DNA of 44,294 bases from Crocinitomicaceae bacterium. Its GTDB lineage: Bacteria; Bacteroidota; Bacteroidia; Flavobacteriales_D; Crocinitomicaceae. The notes beneath the pieces are model-generated. The model worked only from the letters and a program-made list of their open reading frames with translations. It ran no database searches and was not told the origin of the DNA. Made by a program: the position numbers and the translations under genes. Where the stretch lies: NCBI GenBank assembly GCA_044370735.1, contig JBILUY010000001.1:1-44294 (forward strand). Reading direction: 5' to 3'. Each line of letters starts with the position of its first letter. Position 1 is the stretch's first letter. Positions 1 to 9,778 of this stretch are shown here, piece by piece.

Positions 1-900
1 AACAGAAACTGCATCTTTATATCCAATTTCTGGTTCAGGATTCGCTAATGCAAAAACAATTGGATCATTTGCCATGGATGCAACCATTTCTTTGGATACT
101 AAATTTCCTTTCGAAAGTCCAACAAAAACATCAGCTCCAACAAACATTTCCTCTAACGATTTATCTCCACACGTGTGTGAACCGAAATGTAATTTGTTTT
201 CATCTAAATCATTACGTCCGATATGTAAAAGTCCTTTACTATCAAACATATAGATGTTTTTCACATCTGCGCCTAATGCTGTGTATAAACGAGCACAAGA
301 CATCGCTGCTGCACCAGCACCAGAAATCACGATGCGTACTTCTGAAATATTTTTTTCAGCAAGTTCTAATGCATTTAATAAAGCTGCAGATGAGATAATT
401 GCTGTACCATGTTGGTCATCGTGCATAATTGGAATGTCCAATTCAGCTTTCAATCTTCTTTCAATTTCAAATGCTTCAGGAGCTTTGATATCTTCCAAAT
501 TGATTCCTCCAAAAGTAGGAGCAATCGCTTTTACTGTTTGTATAAATTTTTCTGGATCACTTGCATCTACCTCTATGTCAAACACGTCAATATCAGCGAA
601 TATTTTGAATAGTACTCCTTTTCCTTCCATTACAGGTTTTGAAGCTGCCGGTCCGATATTTCCAAGCCCTAGTACTGCTGTACCATTTGAAATTACCGCA
701 ACTAAATTTCCTTTGGAAGTGTATTTGTATACATCATCAGGATTTTCAGCAATTCTTAGACAAGGTTCTGCAACTCCTGGAGAGTAAGCAAGGGATAAAT
801 CTCTTTGAGAAGCGTATGGTTTTGTGGGAATTACTTGTATTTTTCCGGGTCTACCTGTTGAGTGGTAATCTAATGCGTCTTGTTTGCGAATTTTAGCCAT
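1..900 (-). CDS. maeB: NADP-dependent malic enzyme, N-terminal 300 codons (gene runs off the left window edge)
   Basis: Absent from the supplied ORF track because no stop lies inside the window. Reverse-complement translation from the ATG at 900..898 stays open to position 1. It reads MAKIRKQDALDYHSTGRPGKIQVIPTKPYASQRDLSLAYSPGVAEPC...GTAVLGLGNIGP...GGINLEDIKAPEAFEIE...MHDDQHGTAII...ISGAGAAAMSC, the canonical MaeB-type N-terminus and NAD(P) Rossmann motif. Plus-strand track ORFs 48..896 are antisense shadows of this gene. Confidence 0.85.
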   Translation of the reverse strand, partial: MAKIRKQDALDYHSTGRPGKIQVIPTKPYASQRDLSLAYSPGVAEPCLRIAENPDDVYKYTSKGNLVAVISNGTAVLGLGNIGPAASKPVMEGKGVLFKIFADIDVFDIEVDASDPEKFIQTVKAIAPTFGGINLEDIKAPEAFEIERRLKAELDIPIMHDDQHGTAIISSAALLNALELAEKNISEVRIVISGAGAAAMSCARLYTALGADVKNIYMFDSKGLLHIGRNDLDENKLHFGSHTCGDKSLEEMFVGADVFVGLSKGNLVSKEMVASMANDPIVFALANPEPEIGYKDAVSV

Positions 901-993
901 AGTTATGCGTTTCTAAATCAAACGCTAATTTAACAAAAATAGGCGTACCTCAACGATTTCGTTGATGCTTTTAACACTTGAAAATGATTGATT

Positions 994-1320
994 TTAGTGA
1001 CGAACTACGAAACGAGCTGTTTCAAGTAATTCATCTTTTGAATAAACATTGATAATGTATACGTTGTTTTTGAAATCAGACACATCAATTTTTTTATAGT
1101 TTTCGATGTTTTCTGAATATACTTCAGTTCCTAAAGCACTGTAAATCTTTACAACAGCATCATTTACATTGCCTTTTACAGTAACATTAATAAAATCAGT
1201 TGCTGGGTTTGGGAATACACTCAATGTAATATCGTTATTATCGTGCACAGTTTTTAGGTTTGATTGAGAGAAACCAACCAAGCTAAACATCAATGATATG
1301 CACAATACTAACACCTTCAT
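994..1320 (-). CDS. small secreted protein: signal peptide plus T9SS (Por) C-terminal sorting domain, almost no passenger
   Basis: Track ORF 994..1356 trimmed to the ATG at 1320, which gives the signal peptide MKVLVLCISLMFSLVGFSQ. The rest (LSVFPNPATDFINVTVKG...VYIINVYS...RFVVRH) fits the type-A T9SS sorting domain pattern. Confidence 0.7.
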   Translation of the reverse strand: MKVLVLCISLMFSLVGFSQSNLKTVHDNNDITLSVFPNPATDFINVTVKGNVNDAVVKIYSALGTEVYSENIENYKKIDVSDFKNNVYIINVYSKDELLETARFVVRH

Positions 1321-1359
1321 ATTCTCAAATATAGCATTTTTTTGATACAGAACCAAATT

Positions 1360-3159
1360 TTATTTATTTTCTTTAAAATAATTTAAAATGACCATCGCTT
1401 TTGAAAGACCAATTGCTTTAGTAAGCTCTTCTTTACTAGCATTTTTGATAGCAGTAATTGTTTTGAATTGCTTCATTAATTGCTCAAATGTCTTTTCACC
1501 AATTCCTTTGATTTCACTGATTTCAGAGATAAATGCATTTTTACTTCTACGATTTCTATGATGGGTGATACCAAAGCGATGTGCTTCGTTTCGAAGGTAT
1601 TGAATGACTTTTAAACTTTCTGAACGTTTATCTAAATATATGGGAATACTATCTCCAGGAAAGAAAATTTCTTCTAATCGTTTTGCTATTCCTATAATGG
1701 CAATTTTTCCTCTTAATCCCAGTAAATCTAGAATTTCTAATGCAGCACCAAGTTGACCTTTACCACCATCAATAATGATTAGTTGGGGTAGAGGTTCATT
1801 TTCTGCTAATAATCTGGAATATCTTCGATGAACTGCTTCTTGCATCGTGGCAAAATCATTTGGGCCTTCTACCGTTTTTACATTAAAATGTCGGTAATCT
1901 TTTTTGCTAGGCTTGGCATTTTTGAACACTACACAAGCGGATACAGGATTGGTTCCTTGAATGTTAGAGTTGTCAAAACATTCAATATGGGTAGGTAATT
2001 CTTTTAAGCGTAAATCCTTTTTCAGTTGTTCTAATATTCGATTGGTATGTTGTTCGGGATCGGTGATTTTTTCGTGTTTGATTTTTTCTAAACGGTAAAA
2101 TTTTGCATTGCGTTGTGACAATTCAATCAAACTTTTTTTATCTCCAATTTGTGGGATAGCCAATTTGAAATCTGGAAATGCTTCCTCAATTTGGATATCT
2201 GTTAATACCTCTTTTGATGTACTTTTAAAGCGTTCTCTTAATTCAAATAATGCGTATATAATAACTTCTTGAAGTGTTTCTTCTAATTTTTTTTGAATTT
2301 CAAGTGTTATGCCGTGTATGATCGAACCATTTGATATTACCAAATAATTGACAAAATAGGATTTTTCATCTTCTATTCCAGTAATCACGTCAACTGCTTG
2401 AATTTTAGGAGAAACAATCGTCGATTTTGCTTTGAATTTTTCAAGTGCTTCTAGTTTCTCTTTCATCTTTTGCGCTTCTTCAAACTTATATTCAGAAGCG
2501 TAATCCATCATTTTTCCTTTAACGTACTGAATTACTTGGTGAATTTGTCCTTTCAATATAGATTCAACATGCTCTATAAAGGTATTATATTCCTTTTCAG
2601 ATTGATTACCTACACATGGACCTAAACAATTACCAATATGATATTCCAAACATACTTTAAACTTTTGTTGTCGAATGTTCGTTTGATTTAAGTCCAACGA
2701 GCACGTACGAAGAGGGTATAAATCTCGAATTAATTCAAGTAGTGTATTTAGCACTTTTACGTTCGGATAGGGTCCATAGTAGTTCGAACCATCTCGTATA
2801 AACGTTCGAGTTGAAAATACCCGAGGAAAAGGTTCTTTTTTGATACAAATCCAAGGATAGGTTTTATCGTCTTTTAGTTGAATATTATATTTCGGTTGGT
2901 ATTTTTTTATCAGGTTGTTTTCCAATAAAAGGGCATCTAATTCTGTATCAACAACGATGTATTTGATGTCTCTTATTTTTCGAACTAGAATGCGCGTTTT
3001 GGCATTATCGTGATTTTTTACGAAATAAGAAGTTACTCGTTTTTTTAAATTTTTTGCTTTTCCAACATAAATGATTGTTCCATCTTCATCAAAATATTGA
3101 TACACCCCTGGTTGATCAGGAATGGTTTTAAGTTTCAGTTGAATCTCTTCTGTTGTCAT
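1360..3159 (-). CDS. uvrC: excinuclease ABC subunit C
   Basis: 599 aa. GIY-YIG N-terminus (GVYQYFDEDGTIIYVGKAKNLKKRVTSYF), central UvrC region, and C-terminal endonuclease plus helix-hairpin-helix (IKGIGEKTFEQLMKQF). Confidence 0.95.
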   Translation of the reverse strand: MTTEEIQLKLKTIPDQPGVYQYFDEDGTIIYVGKAKNLKKRVTSYFVKNHDNAKTRILVRKIRDIKYIVVDTELDALLLENNLIKKYQPKYNIQLKDDKTYPWICIKKEPFPRVFSTRTFIRDGSNYYGPYPNVKVLNTLLELIRDLYPLRTCSLDLNQTNIRQQKFKVCLEYHIGNCLGPCVGNQSEKEYNTFIEHVESILKGQIHQVIQYVKGKMMDYASEYKFEEAQKMKEKLEALEKFKAKSTIVSPKIQAVDVITGIEDEKSYFVNYLVISNGSIIHGITLEIQKKLEETLQEVIIYALFELRERFKSTSKEVLTDIQIEEAFPDFKLAIPQIGDKKSLIELSQRNAKFYRLEKIKHEKITDPEQHTNRILEQLKKDLRLKELPTHIECFDNSNIQGTNPVSACVVFKNAKPSKKDYRHFNVKTVEGPNDFATMQEAVHRRYSRLLAENEPLPQLIIIDGGKGQLGAALEILDLLGLRGKIAIIGIAKRLEEIFFPGDSIPIYLDKRSESLKVIQYLRNEAHRFGITHHRNRRSKNAFISEISEIKGIGEKTFEQLMKQFKTITAIKNASKEELTKAIGLSKAMVILNYFKENK

Positions 3160-3310
3160 AGTAGATGCTCAAAACAAATAAGTTGTCCAAAAAGTACCAA
3201 CACATCGTTATTCTTAATTCAAAAATGCTCATTTACTAGAGTAAACTCAGCTTTTTTCATTCTCGAATGCCTCGATTTGACATTTTTTAACCAACTTCTA
3301 TAAATATAAA

Positions 3311-3339
3311 GAGGGTGTCTCGACTTTTCGGACACCCTC
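3311..3339 (-). terminator. stem-loop downstream of the ppiD-like gene
   Basis: GAGGGTGTC (3311..3319) pairs with GACACCCTC (3331..3339) across an 11-nt loop. On the minus strand it sits 24 nt after the stop at 3363 and is followed by T-rich sequence (TTTATATTTA). Confidence 0.55.
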
Positions 3340-3362
3340 TTAAACTATTGAATTATTATCAA

Positions 3363-5564
3363 TTATCTTTTAATACCTAATGAAGAGAATTTACGCGTGT
3401 CTTTCACTTCATTCATTTTGAATAATGCAGTTTTTACTTCACCATTCATATTGGCTCTTAGGTTATTTAATAATTGTGCTTGTTCCATTGAGAAATCTTT
3501 TGTTGCTGGCGCTTTAATAGTTTTATTCAAGCGAATTACATAAACACCTTGCTCTCCTTTTAATGGCAATGTTTTTTGACCATCTTTTAATGCAGAGAAT
3601 AATGAACCAACAACTTCTGGCTCAAAACCTGCACCTTGAATTTGAGGATTAGCAAATACCACTTCTGCTTTATTCACTGTTGTTCCACCTTTTTTAGCAA
3701 GTAATTCTAAATCTTTTGTTTTAGACATTTGTTGAATTAAAATAGCAGCTTTTTTCTCTTTAATTACTTCTGCTTTCATTACCTCTCTAACATCGATGAA
3801 CTCAGGAGCTCCTTTTTCTCTAATAGAAGAAACGATTGCAATAATGTATCTATCGTTATCTTCAATTGGAGCTGAACATAAGGTTCCAATTTCAGTTTCT
3901 TCGTCGTATGCTAATTTGATTAATTTATCTTCAGCAAATGGAGTTTGTACTCCTTGAATTTTTGGATTTTCATCTGAAATTCTGTAAGGTCTTACGATAT
4001 ATCCTTTTTGTCTTGCTATAGTATCGAAAGCATCTAATTTAGATTCTACAGAAGATTTGCGAGAAACTTTTTCATCTAAAGAATATAAAATATTATATGC
4101 TTCTTCGTTAATTAAGCTTTCTGTTTCTTCACTTGGTGTAAGTGTTTTCTCTATGAAAGAAACGATTGGGTATTTAACCGATTTACGCTCCATCACTTCG
4201 ATAATGTGAATACCAAATTGTGTTTTCACGGTGCCAATTGTTCCTATTGGTTTAGAAACTGAAAAAGCTGAAAACTCAGGAACCATTTCGTAATCTAGGA
4301 AGTTGTCAATTACCCCACCTGTAGATTTAGATCCACCATCATCAGAAAATTTAGTTACATATTCAGCAAAATTATCTTTGTTGATGAATTTCACTAAACT
4401 ATCAGCTTTACGTTGTGTAGCTCTCACTTTTAATGAATCTTCTTTTGGAGCAGATAATAAGATGTGTCTTACTTTACATACGTTGGTATTAAATCCACGC
4501 ACTTTAGCTAATCTGTATTTTCCTTTGTCTAAATATGGTCCAACAACTTGTCCAGGTACTGCCATTTTAAATACAGTATCCATGTTTGAAGGGAAAGTTA
4601 AACCAGGAGTTGCTCTTTGATCAGTTTCAGGACGTAAAGTTGATTGTCTTGTACTAGTATAGAATTTTAAATCACTATTTGTAAGAACGAAAATAGAGTC
4701 GTTTTTAGCAGTAGCGAATTGTGTTTTTAAAGTGTTTATTTTTTTTGTGAATTCTGCAGTATCTTTTTTAGATGGTGCTATGGCAATATCGAAGATTTTT
4801 AAATCACGTCCAGCTGTAACTTCATATTTCTTTTCGTTTTTGTGCTCTTCGTAATAAGCTTTCACCTCTTCATCCGAAACTTTGATTTTATCATCTTGGA
4901 TATCAGAGTATCTTCTAACTACATAAGAAATACTTTTTACTTCTTTTTGAGCTGTATATTCTTCTTTTGCTTCTAACGAGGTAACATAAACTCCTTGCGC
5001 TAATAATTGGAAGTATTTTTCACTTTTACGTTGATCAGTAAACGCTTGTTTTGTGTTTTTCCATTGTTCAGAAACTTGAGGATCAGTAGAAGATTCCATT
5101 TCTGTAATTCGTTGCTCTAATAAACGTGGATTGAATTGACCAGTTAAAGAATCAACAAAACTTTGAGCTAAATCAGGCATTACAGTAAATCCATCAGTAC
5201 CATATAAATATGCGTCAAATTCAGATTTGCTAACATCCAATCCTAATTTTTCGTATTCTTTTTCAAGGATTGTATTTTCAACTAACATTGTCCATGCTCT
5301 ATCTGCAGAAACCTGCTGATCTTGTGGTGTGTAAGGACGATTCATTTGTTGGTATTGTTGTGCATCTTGTTGCATAACAGCTTTCACCAAGTTATCGTAT
5401 TTGATAGGATCAACTTGTTCTCCAGCAACTTCTCCTAATCCTAAAACACCACTTGATTTTCCAAAAATATTATCCCAACCAGTCAATACAAACGCAAGCA
5501 TTGAAAGCCCTAATAAAACAATTGTTAATCCTGATTTCTCTCTGATTTTACCTATAATAGCCAT
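3363..5564 (-). CDS. ppiD: membrane-anchored periplasmic chaperone / peptidyl-prolyl isomerase, PpiD-like
   Basis: 733 aa. N-terminal anchor (LTIVLLGLSMLAFVL), long SurA-N-like chaperone region, and one parvulin PPIase domain (CKVRHILLSAP...FGIHIIEV). Confidence 0.8.
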   Translation of the reverse strand: MAIIGKIREKSGLTIVLLGLSMLAFVLTGWDNIFGKSSGVLGLGEVAGEQVDPIKYDNLVKAVMQQDAQQYQQMNRPYTPQDQQVSADRAWTMLVENTILEKEYEKLGLDVSKSEFDAYLYGTDGFTVMPDLAQSFVDSLTGQFNPRLLEQRITEMESSTDPQVSEQWKNTKQAFTDQRKSEKYFQLLAQGVYVTSLEAKEEYTAQKEVKSISYVVRRYSDIQDDKIKVSDEEVKAYYEEHKNEKKYEVTAGRDLKIFDIAIAPSKKDTAEFTKKINTLKTQFATAKNDSIFVLTNSDLKFYTSTRQSTLRPETDQRATPGLTFPSNMDTVFKMAVPGQVVGPYLDKGKYRLAKVRGFNTNVCKVRHILLSAPKEDSLKVRATQRKADSLVKFINKDNFAEYVTKFSDDGGSKSTGGVIDNFLDYEMVPEFSAFSVSKPIGTIGTVKTQFGIHIIEVMERKSVKYPIVSFIEKTLTPSEETESLINEEAYNILYSLDEKVSRKSSVESKLDAFDTIARQKGYIVRPYRISDENPKIQGVQTPFAEDKLIKLAYDEETEIGTLCSAPIEDNDRYIIAIVSSIREKGAPEFIDVREVMKAEVIKEKKAAILIQQMSKTKDLELLAKKGGTTVNKAEVVFANPQIQGAGFEPEVVGSLFSALKDGQKTLPLKGEQGVYVIRLNKTIKAPATKDFSMEQAQLLNNLRANMNGEVKTALFKMNEVKDTRKFSSLGIKR

Positions 5565-5697
5565 ATAAAGTCTCTTTTTAAAGCACGCGAATATACATAT
5601 CTGAAATGACTTATGAAATATTGAGTAAGATTATTTTTTTGTGAACAAGTCTAAAATGGAAGAATTTAGTACGAAATCTTTTTCTTATTTTTACTTT

Positions 5698-7155
5698 ATG
5701 ACTTCTTCAGAAAAGGAAATTTTCACTCTAAAACAAGTTGCAAATTCTATTCAGAAAACACTCCAAGAACGGTATAATCGAACGTATTGGGTGAAGGCTG
5801 AAATGCATAAATTGAATTATACGATGAAGGGTCATTGTTATCCTGAATTAGTTTATAAAGAGAATGATATCATCGTGGCTGAAATGCGTGGTCAAATTTG
5901 GAAATCGAATTTCGAACGCATCATGGATACGTTTTCAAAGGAAGTAAAGGAACCTATTCAAGATGGGATGTTATTGCTTTTTGAAGTCAAAATTGTTTAT
6001 CACCCAGTTTATGGTTTGTCTTTAGACATCATTGACATAGACCCGTCATTTACCTTGGGTGAATTGCATAAAGAACGAGAAGAAACAATTAAAAGATTAG
6101 AAAAGGAAGGGTTATTTTATAAGAATCACCAAGTTTCATTTCCATTATTACCGCAACGAATTGCAGTAATTTCAGTCGAATCGAGTAAAGGTCTTTCTGA
6201 TTTTTATAGCGTTACAAAATCTAACCCTTGGGGGTATGCTTTTTTCTTTATGTTGTTCCAAGCACAATTAAATGGAGATGGAGCAGTAAACTCAATTATT
6301 GCTCAGCTAAAACGAATTGAAAAAGTCAAAACACATTTTGATGCTGTTGTTATAGTTCGTGGAGGTGGAGGGGAAATAGGTTTATCTTGTTATAATAATT
6401 ATGAATTAAGTAAGGCAATTGCTACTTTTTCTTTGCCAATTTTAACGGGTATCGGACATTCAACCAATGTGACTGTAGCAGAATTAGTCGCACATAGAAG
6501 TGCAATTACTCCCACTGAATTAGGAGAATTTTTAATTCAACAATTTCATAATTTTTCTGTACCAATCAAAGATGCAATAAAAACAATAAAAAATAAAGCT
6601 CAAGCAACATTTAGATTTTCAAAAGAATTGTTTCAGAGTGAGCTAAAAATGTTTAGGCAAGTTTCTATTAACCGTTTTATGATTGAAAGAAATACGCTTA
6701 AAGATTTATCTCAGATTGTTTCAAGTGAAGCTCAAGGAAGATTAAAGTTACAGCACAAAGAAGTATATCGATTTTCCGAATTAATGAAAATACAAGTTGA
6801 AAATTTTACTCGTAAAGAAGAAGTACAATTAAATTTTCTACAAAAGCAGTTATCGAATTGGAGTGTAAATCAAAAACCATTTTTAACATCAAAAGTAAAT
6901 CAACTTCAACAACAACTCATTTTTAATACGAAAAATAGGTTTAAGTTGGAATTGCAAAAAATAAACGAAAAAGCACAGATTGTTTCGATACTTGATCCAA
7001 AAAACATACTAAAAAGAGGGTATGTAATTCCTATTTACCAAGGAAAAATTTTAGAAGAAACTAATTTACCTGATGTAAATGCAGAAATAGATCTTATTAT
7101 GCATTCACACATTTTAAAAACCAAATTAATTAATATTCAAAAAAATGATGACTGA
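5698..7155 (+). CDS. xseA: exodeoxyribonuclease VII large subunit
   Basis: The track ORF begins at GTG 5641; the ATG at 5698 (MTSSEKEIFTLKQV) is preferred. OB-fold-like N-terminus (WVKAEMHKLNYTMKGHCYPELV) and catalytic core (VVIVRGGGGEIGL...LTGIGHSTNVTVAELVA) are typical of XseA. The stop abuts the xseB start. Confidence 0.85.
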   Translation: MTSSEKEIFTLKQVANSIQKTLQERYNRTYWVKAEMHKLNYTMKGHCYPELVYKENDIIVAEMRGQIWKSNFERIMDTFSKEVKEPIQDGMLLLFEVKIVYHPVYGLSLDIIDIDPSFTLGELHKEREETIKRLEKEGLFYKNHQVSFPLLPQRIAVISVESSKGLSDFYSVTKSNPWGYAFFFMLFQAQLNGDGAVNSIIAQLKRIEKVKTHFDAVVIVRGGGGEIGLSCYNNYELSKAIATFSLPILTGIGHSTNVTVAELVAHRSAITPTELGEFLIQQFHNFSVPIKDAIKTIKNKAQATFRFSKELFQSELKMFRQVSINRFMIERNTLKDLSQIVSSEAQGRLKLQHKEVYRFSELMKIQVENFTRKEEVQLNFLQKQLSNWSVNQKPFLTSKVNQLQQQLIFNTKNRFKLELQKINEKAQIVSILDPKNILKRGYVIPIYQGKILEETNLPDVNAEIDLIMHSHILKTKLINIQKNDD

Positions 7156-7342
7156 GATGAAATACACGGAAGCGTTTGAAGAGTTACAAGAGATTGTACA
7201 AGAAATTCAAGATGGAGAAATTTCCCCAGATGATTTGGCGATAAAAGTTAAAAGGGCTGCAGAATTAATTAAGTTTTGTAAACAAAAGTTGACAACTACG
7301 GAAGAAGACGTAAATCAGATACTAAAAGAGTTGGAAGATTAA
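7145..7342 (+). CDS. xseB: exodeoxyribonuclease VII small subunit
   Basis: About 62-65 aa helical protein (FEELQEIVQEIQDGEISPDDL...) placed directly after xseA. Alternative in-frame ATGs at 7148 and 7157 cannot be resolved from sequence alone. Confidence 0.8.
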   Translation: MMTEMKYTEAFEELQEIVQEIQDGEISPDDLAIKVKRAAELIKFCKQKLTTTEEDVNQILKELED

Positions 7343-7457
7343 TTGAACGGATTTTTTCGGGAACTTATCGATTTCTTTGAAATTAAGGTATTTTAAATCG
7401 TTAGATTTGGGCAAACAATTTTTAATTGGGTTTGTTTATTAAGTAAATTTTTAATGT

Positions 7458-9767
7458 ATGAAGTATTTTTTAATAGTCTTTTTTTTAAGCTCTTTTACTG
7501 TTTTTTCACAGGATAAGTTTACTATTAGTGGAACAGTAACAGATAGTACAAAAGGGGAAGCATTAATTGGAGTAAAGGTAAAAGTAAAAGGTGTTGCAGC
7601 TGGATCATTTACAAATGAATATGGTTTTTATTCAATTACCATTCCTTCAGGTCAATATACATTGGTTTACAATCAAATTGGTTTTATTCCAATTGAACGT
7701 GAAATCAATTTGCAAGCAAATACTCGTTTAGATGTTAAGCTTGTGGCAGGAGAAAAAGTGAAAGCGTTGAAAGAAATTGTAATTTCTGCTCAAAAAGCCG
7801 ATGCAAATGTGAAACAAGCAACTATGGGAGTAGAAAAAATTGACCCAAAAGCTGTTTCAAAAATTCCTGTATTGTTAGGAGAAAAAGATATAATCAAAAC
7901 GATGCAGCTACTACCTGGTGTTAAAAGCGCAGGTGAGGGTAATTCTGGATATTATGTTCGAGGTGGTGGTTCAGACCAAAATCTTATTTTGTTAGACGAA
8001 GCACCTGTTTATAACGCTTCTCACTTATTAGGATTCTTTTCAACTTTTAATTCTGATGCAATAAAAGACGCGACTTTATATAAAGGAAATCAACCAGCTA
8101 ACATGGGAGGTAGATTGTCTTCCGTTCTTGATATTAAAATGAATGAGGGTAACAACCAACGATATAATGTGAGTGGTGGTTTAGGATTGATTTCTTCTAA
8201 ATTAAATGTAGAAGGACCTCTTGTTAAAGACAAATCATCTTTTTTAATAACTGGAAGAAGAACCTATGCAGATGTATTTTTGAAAGCTACTGATGATTAT
8301 AAAGATAATACTTTGTATTTCTATGATTTGAATGCTAAGTTAAACTATAAATTAGGTCAAAAAGATAAATTATATCTATCAGGGTATTTTGGACGAGATA
8401 AACTTGGATTCGGTAATTCATTCGGGATAGATTGGGGAAATGCAACAGGTACTCTTCGATGGAACCACATCATATCACCTAAATTATTTTCAAATACTTC
8501 ATTAATTTATAGTTCGTACGATTATAAAATTGCGATTAGTGGTGATGGAGTAGATTTTACAATTACTTCTAAAGTGTTGGATTACAACATTAAACAAGAG
8601 TTTCAATACTATGCTAATACGAAAAACAAAATTAAATTTGGTTTTAATGTAATCAATCACGCAATTACTCCTGGACAATTTAATGGAACAGGTATTGATT
8701 CAAAGATTTTAAATCCTGCAAAGTCTTTTGAAAATTCCATTTTCGTTTTAAATGATTGGGAAGTAAATGAAAAATTAGCAGTAAACTATGGCGTTCGAGT
8801 AAGTGGTTTTTCAATTCTAGGCAATGGTCAGGAAATGTACACGTATGATCAATTTGGGAAAGTTGCACAAACTATTACTTATAAAGAAAACGAATTAATT
8901 AAAACTTATTATAATGTAGAGCCACGTGTTTCGATGAGTTATGCTTACAAAGAAGATCAAAGTTTTAAAATGGCCTATGCTCGAAATGCACAGAATATAC
9001 ATTTAGTTTCGAATTCTACTACTGCTTCTCCAACTGATGCGATCATGGGATCTACTATCAATATTAAACCTGAAGTAGCGGATCAAGCATCAATTGGTTG
9101 GTATAAAAATTTCAAGGATAATATGTATGAATTCAATGTAGAGACTTATTATAAGTATATGCAAAATCAAATAGATTATCGTAATGGTGCAAATACACAA
9201 GCAAATGAAAAATTAGAGGGAGAATTATTGTATGGTTTAGGAAGAGCATATGGTTTAGAGATGATTTTAAAGAAAAAAACTGGTAAGTTTTCAGGTTGGT
9301 TATCATATTGTTTATCACGTTCTGAAAGAAAAATTGAAGGTATAAATAATGGTGAATGGTATCGTGCTAAGCAAGATAGAACACATGACATTTCTGTAGT
9401 TGGAATGTATGAAATCACACCTAAATTAACAATTTCTGCATTGTTTGTTTTCTATACTGGTAATGCTGTTACTTTTCCTTCAGGAAAATACACTCTAGAC
9501 GGCCAAACTCAATTTGTTTATACAACAAGGAATGGATATAGAATGCCTAATTATCATCGTTTGGATTTAGGTATAAATTGGGTGCGTAAAAACACAGATA
9601 AATATGAAAGTAGTTGGAACTTCTCAATCTATAATGTGTATGGTAGAGAGAACGCTTACACTATTAATTTTAGAGAAAATGCAGATAATCCAAAAGTAAC
9701 AGAGGCAGTTCAAGTTTCATTATTCCGTTGGATTCCAGCTGTTACTTATAATTTCAAATTTAAATAA
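7458..9767 (+). CDS. TonB-dependent receptor with N-terminal carboxypeptidase-regulatory-like domain
   Basis: 769 aa. Signal peptide, CarboxypepD_reg-like beta-sandwich (FTISGTVTDSTKGEALIGVKVKV...GFYSITIPSGQYTLVY), plug region (DIIKTMQLLPGV...YVRGG), and a long barrel with an aromatic C-terminus. Confidence 0.85.
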   Translation: MKYFLIVFFLSSFTVFSQDKFTISGTVTDSTKGEALIGVKVKVKGVAAGSFTNEYGFYSITIPSGQYTLVYNQIGFIPIEREINLQANTRLDVKLVAGEKVKALKEIVISAQKADANVKQATMGVEKIDPKAVSKIPVLLGEKDIIKTMQLLPGVKSAGEGNSGYYVRGGGSDQNLILLDEAPVYNASHLLGFFSTFNSDAIKDATLYKGNQPANMGGRLSSVLDIKMNEGNNQRYNVSGGLGLISSKLNVEGPLVKDKSSFLITGRRTYADVFLKATDDYKDNTLYFYDLNAKLNYKLGQKDKLYLSGYFGRDKLGFGNSFGIDWGNATGTLRWNHIISPKLFSNTSLIYSSYDYKIAISGDGVDFTITSKVLDYNIKQEFQYYANTKNKIKFGFNVINHAITPGQFNGTGIDSKILNPAKSFENSIFVLNDWEVNEKLAVNYGVRVSGFSILGNGQEMYTYDQFGKVAQTITYKENELIKTYYNVEPRVSMSYAYKEDQSFKMAYARNAQNIHLVSNSTTASPTDAIMGSTINIKPEVADQASIGWYKNFKDNMYEFNVETYYKYMQNQIDYRNGANTQANEKLEGELLYGLGRAYGLEMILKKKTGKFSGWLSYCLSRSERKIEGINNGEWYRAKQDRTHDISVVGMYEITPKLTISALFVFYTGNAVTFPSGKYTLDGQTQFVYTTRNGYRMPNYHRLDLGINWVRKNTDKYESSWNFSIYNVYGRENAYTINFRENADNPKVTEAVQVSLFRWIPAVTYNFKFK

Positions 9768-9778
9768 TTCAACTCAAT

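Noticed and set aside
48-896. Four plus-strand track ORFs (48..398, 254..787, 409..612, 639..896).
   Set aside because: They lie antisense to the clearly recognisable malic enzyme reading frame and have low-complexity, unrecognisable translations. They are shadow ORFs.
4303-4620. Antisense or alternate-frame ORFs inside large genes. Examples: 4303..4620, 8680..8868, 10827..11129, 16977..17267, 23517..23747, 28569..28793, 35072..35496, 37388..37615, 39478..40176, 41433..41651, 43741..43977.
   Set aside because: All are embedded in longer ORFs with recognisable domains, and their translations are low-complexity with no recognisable motifs.
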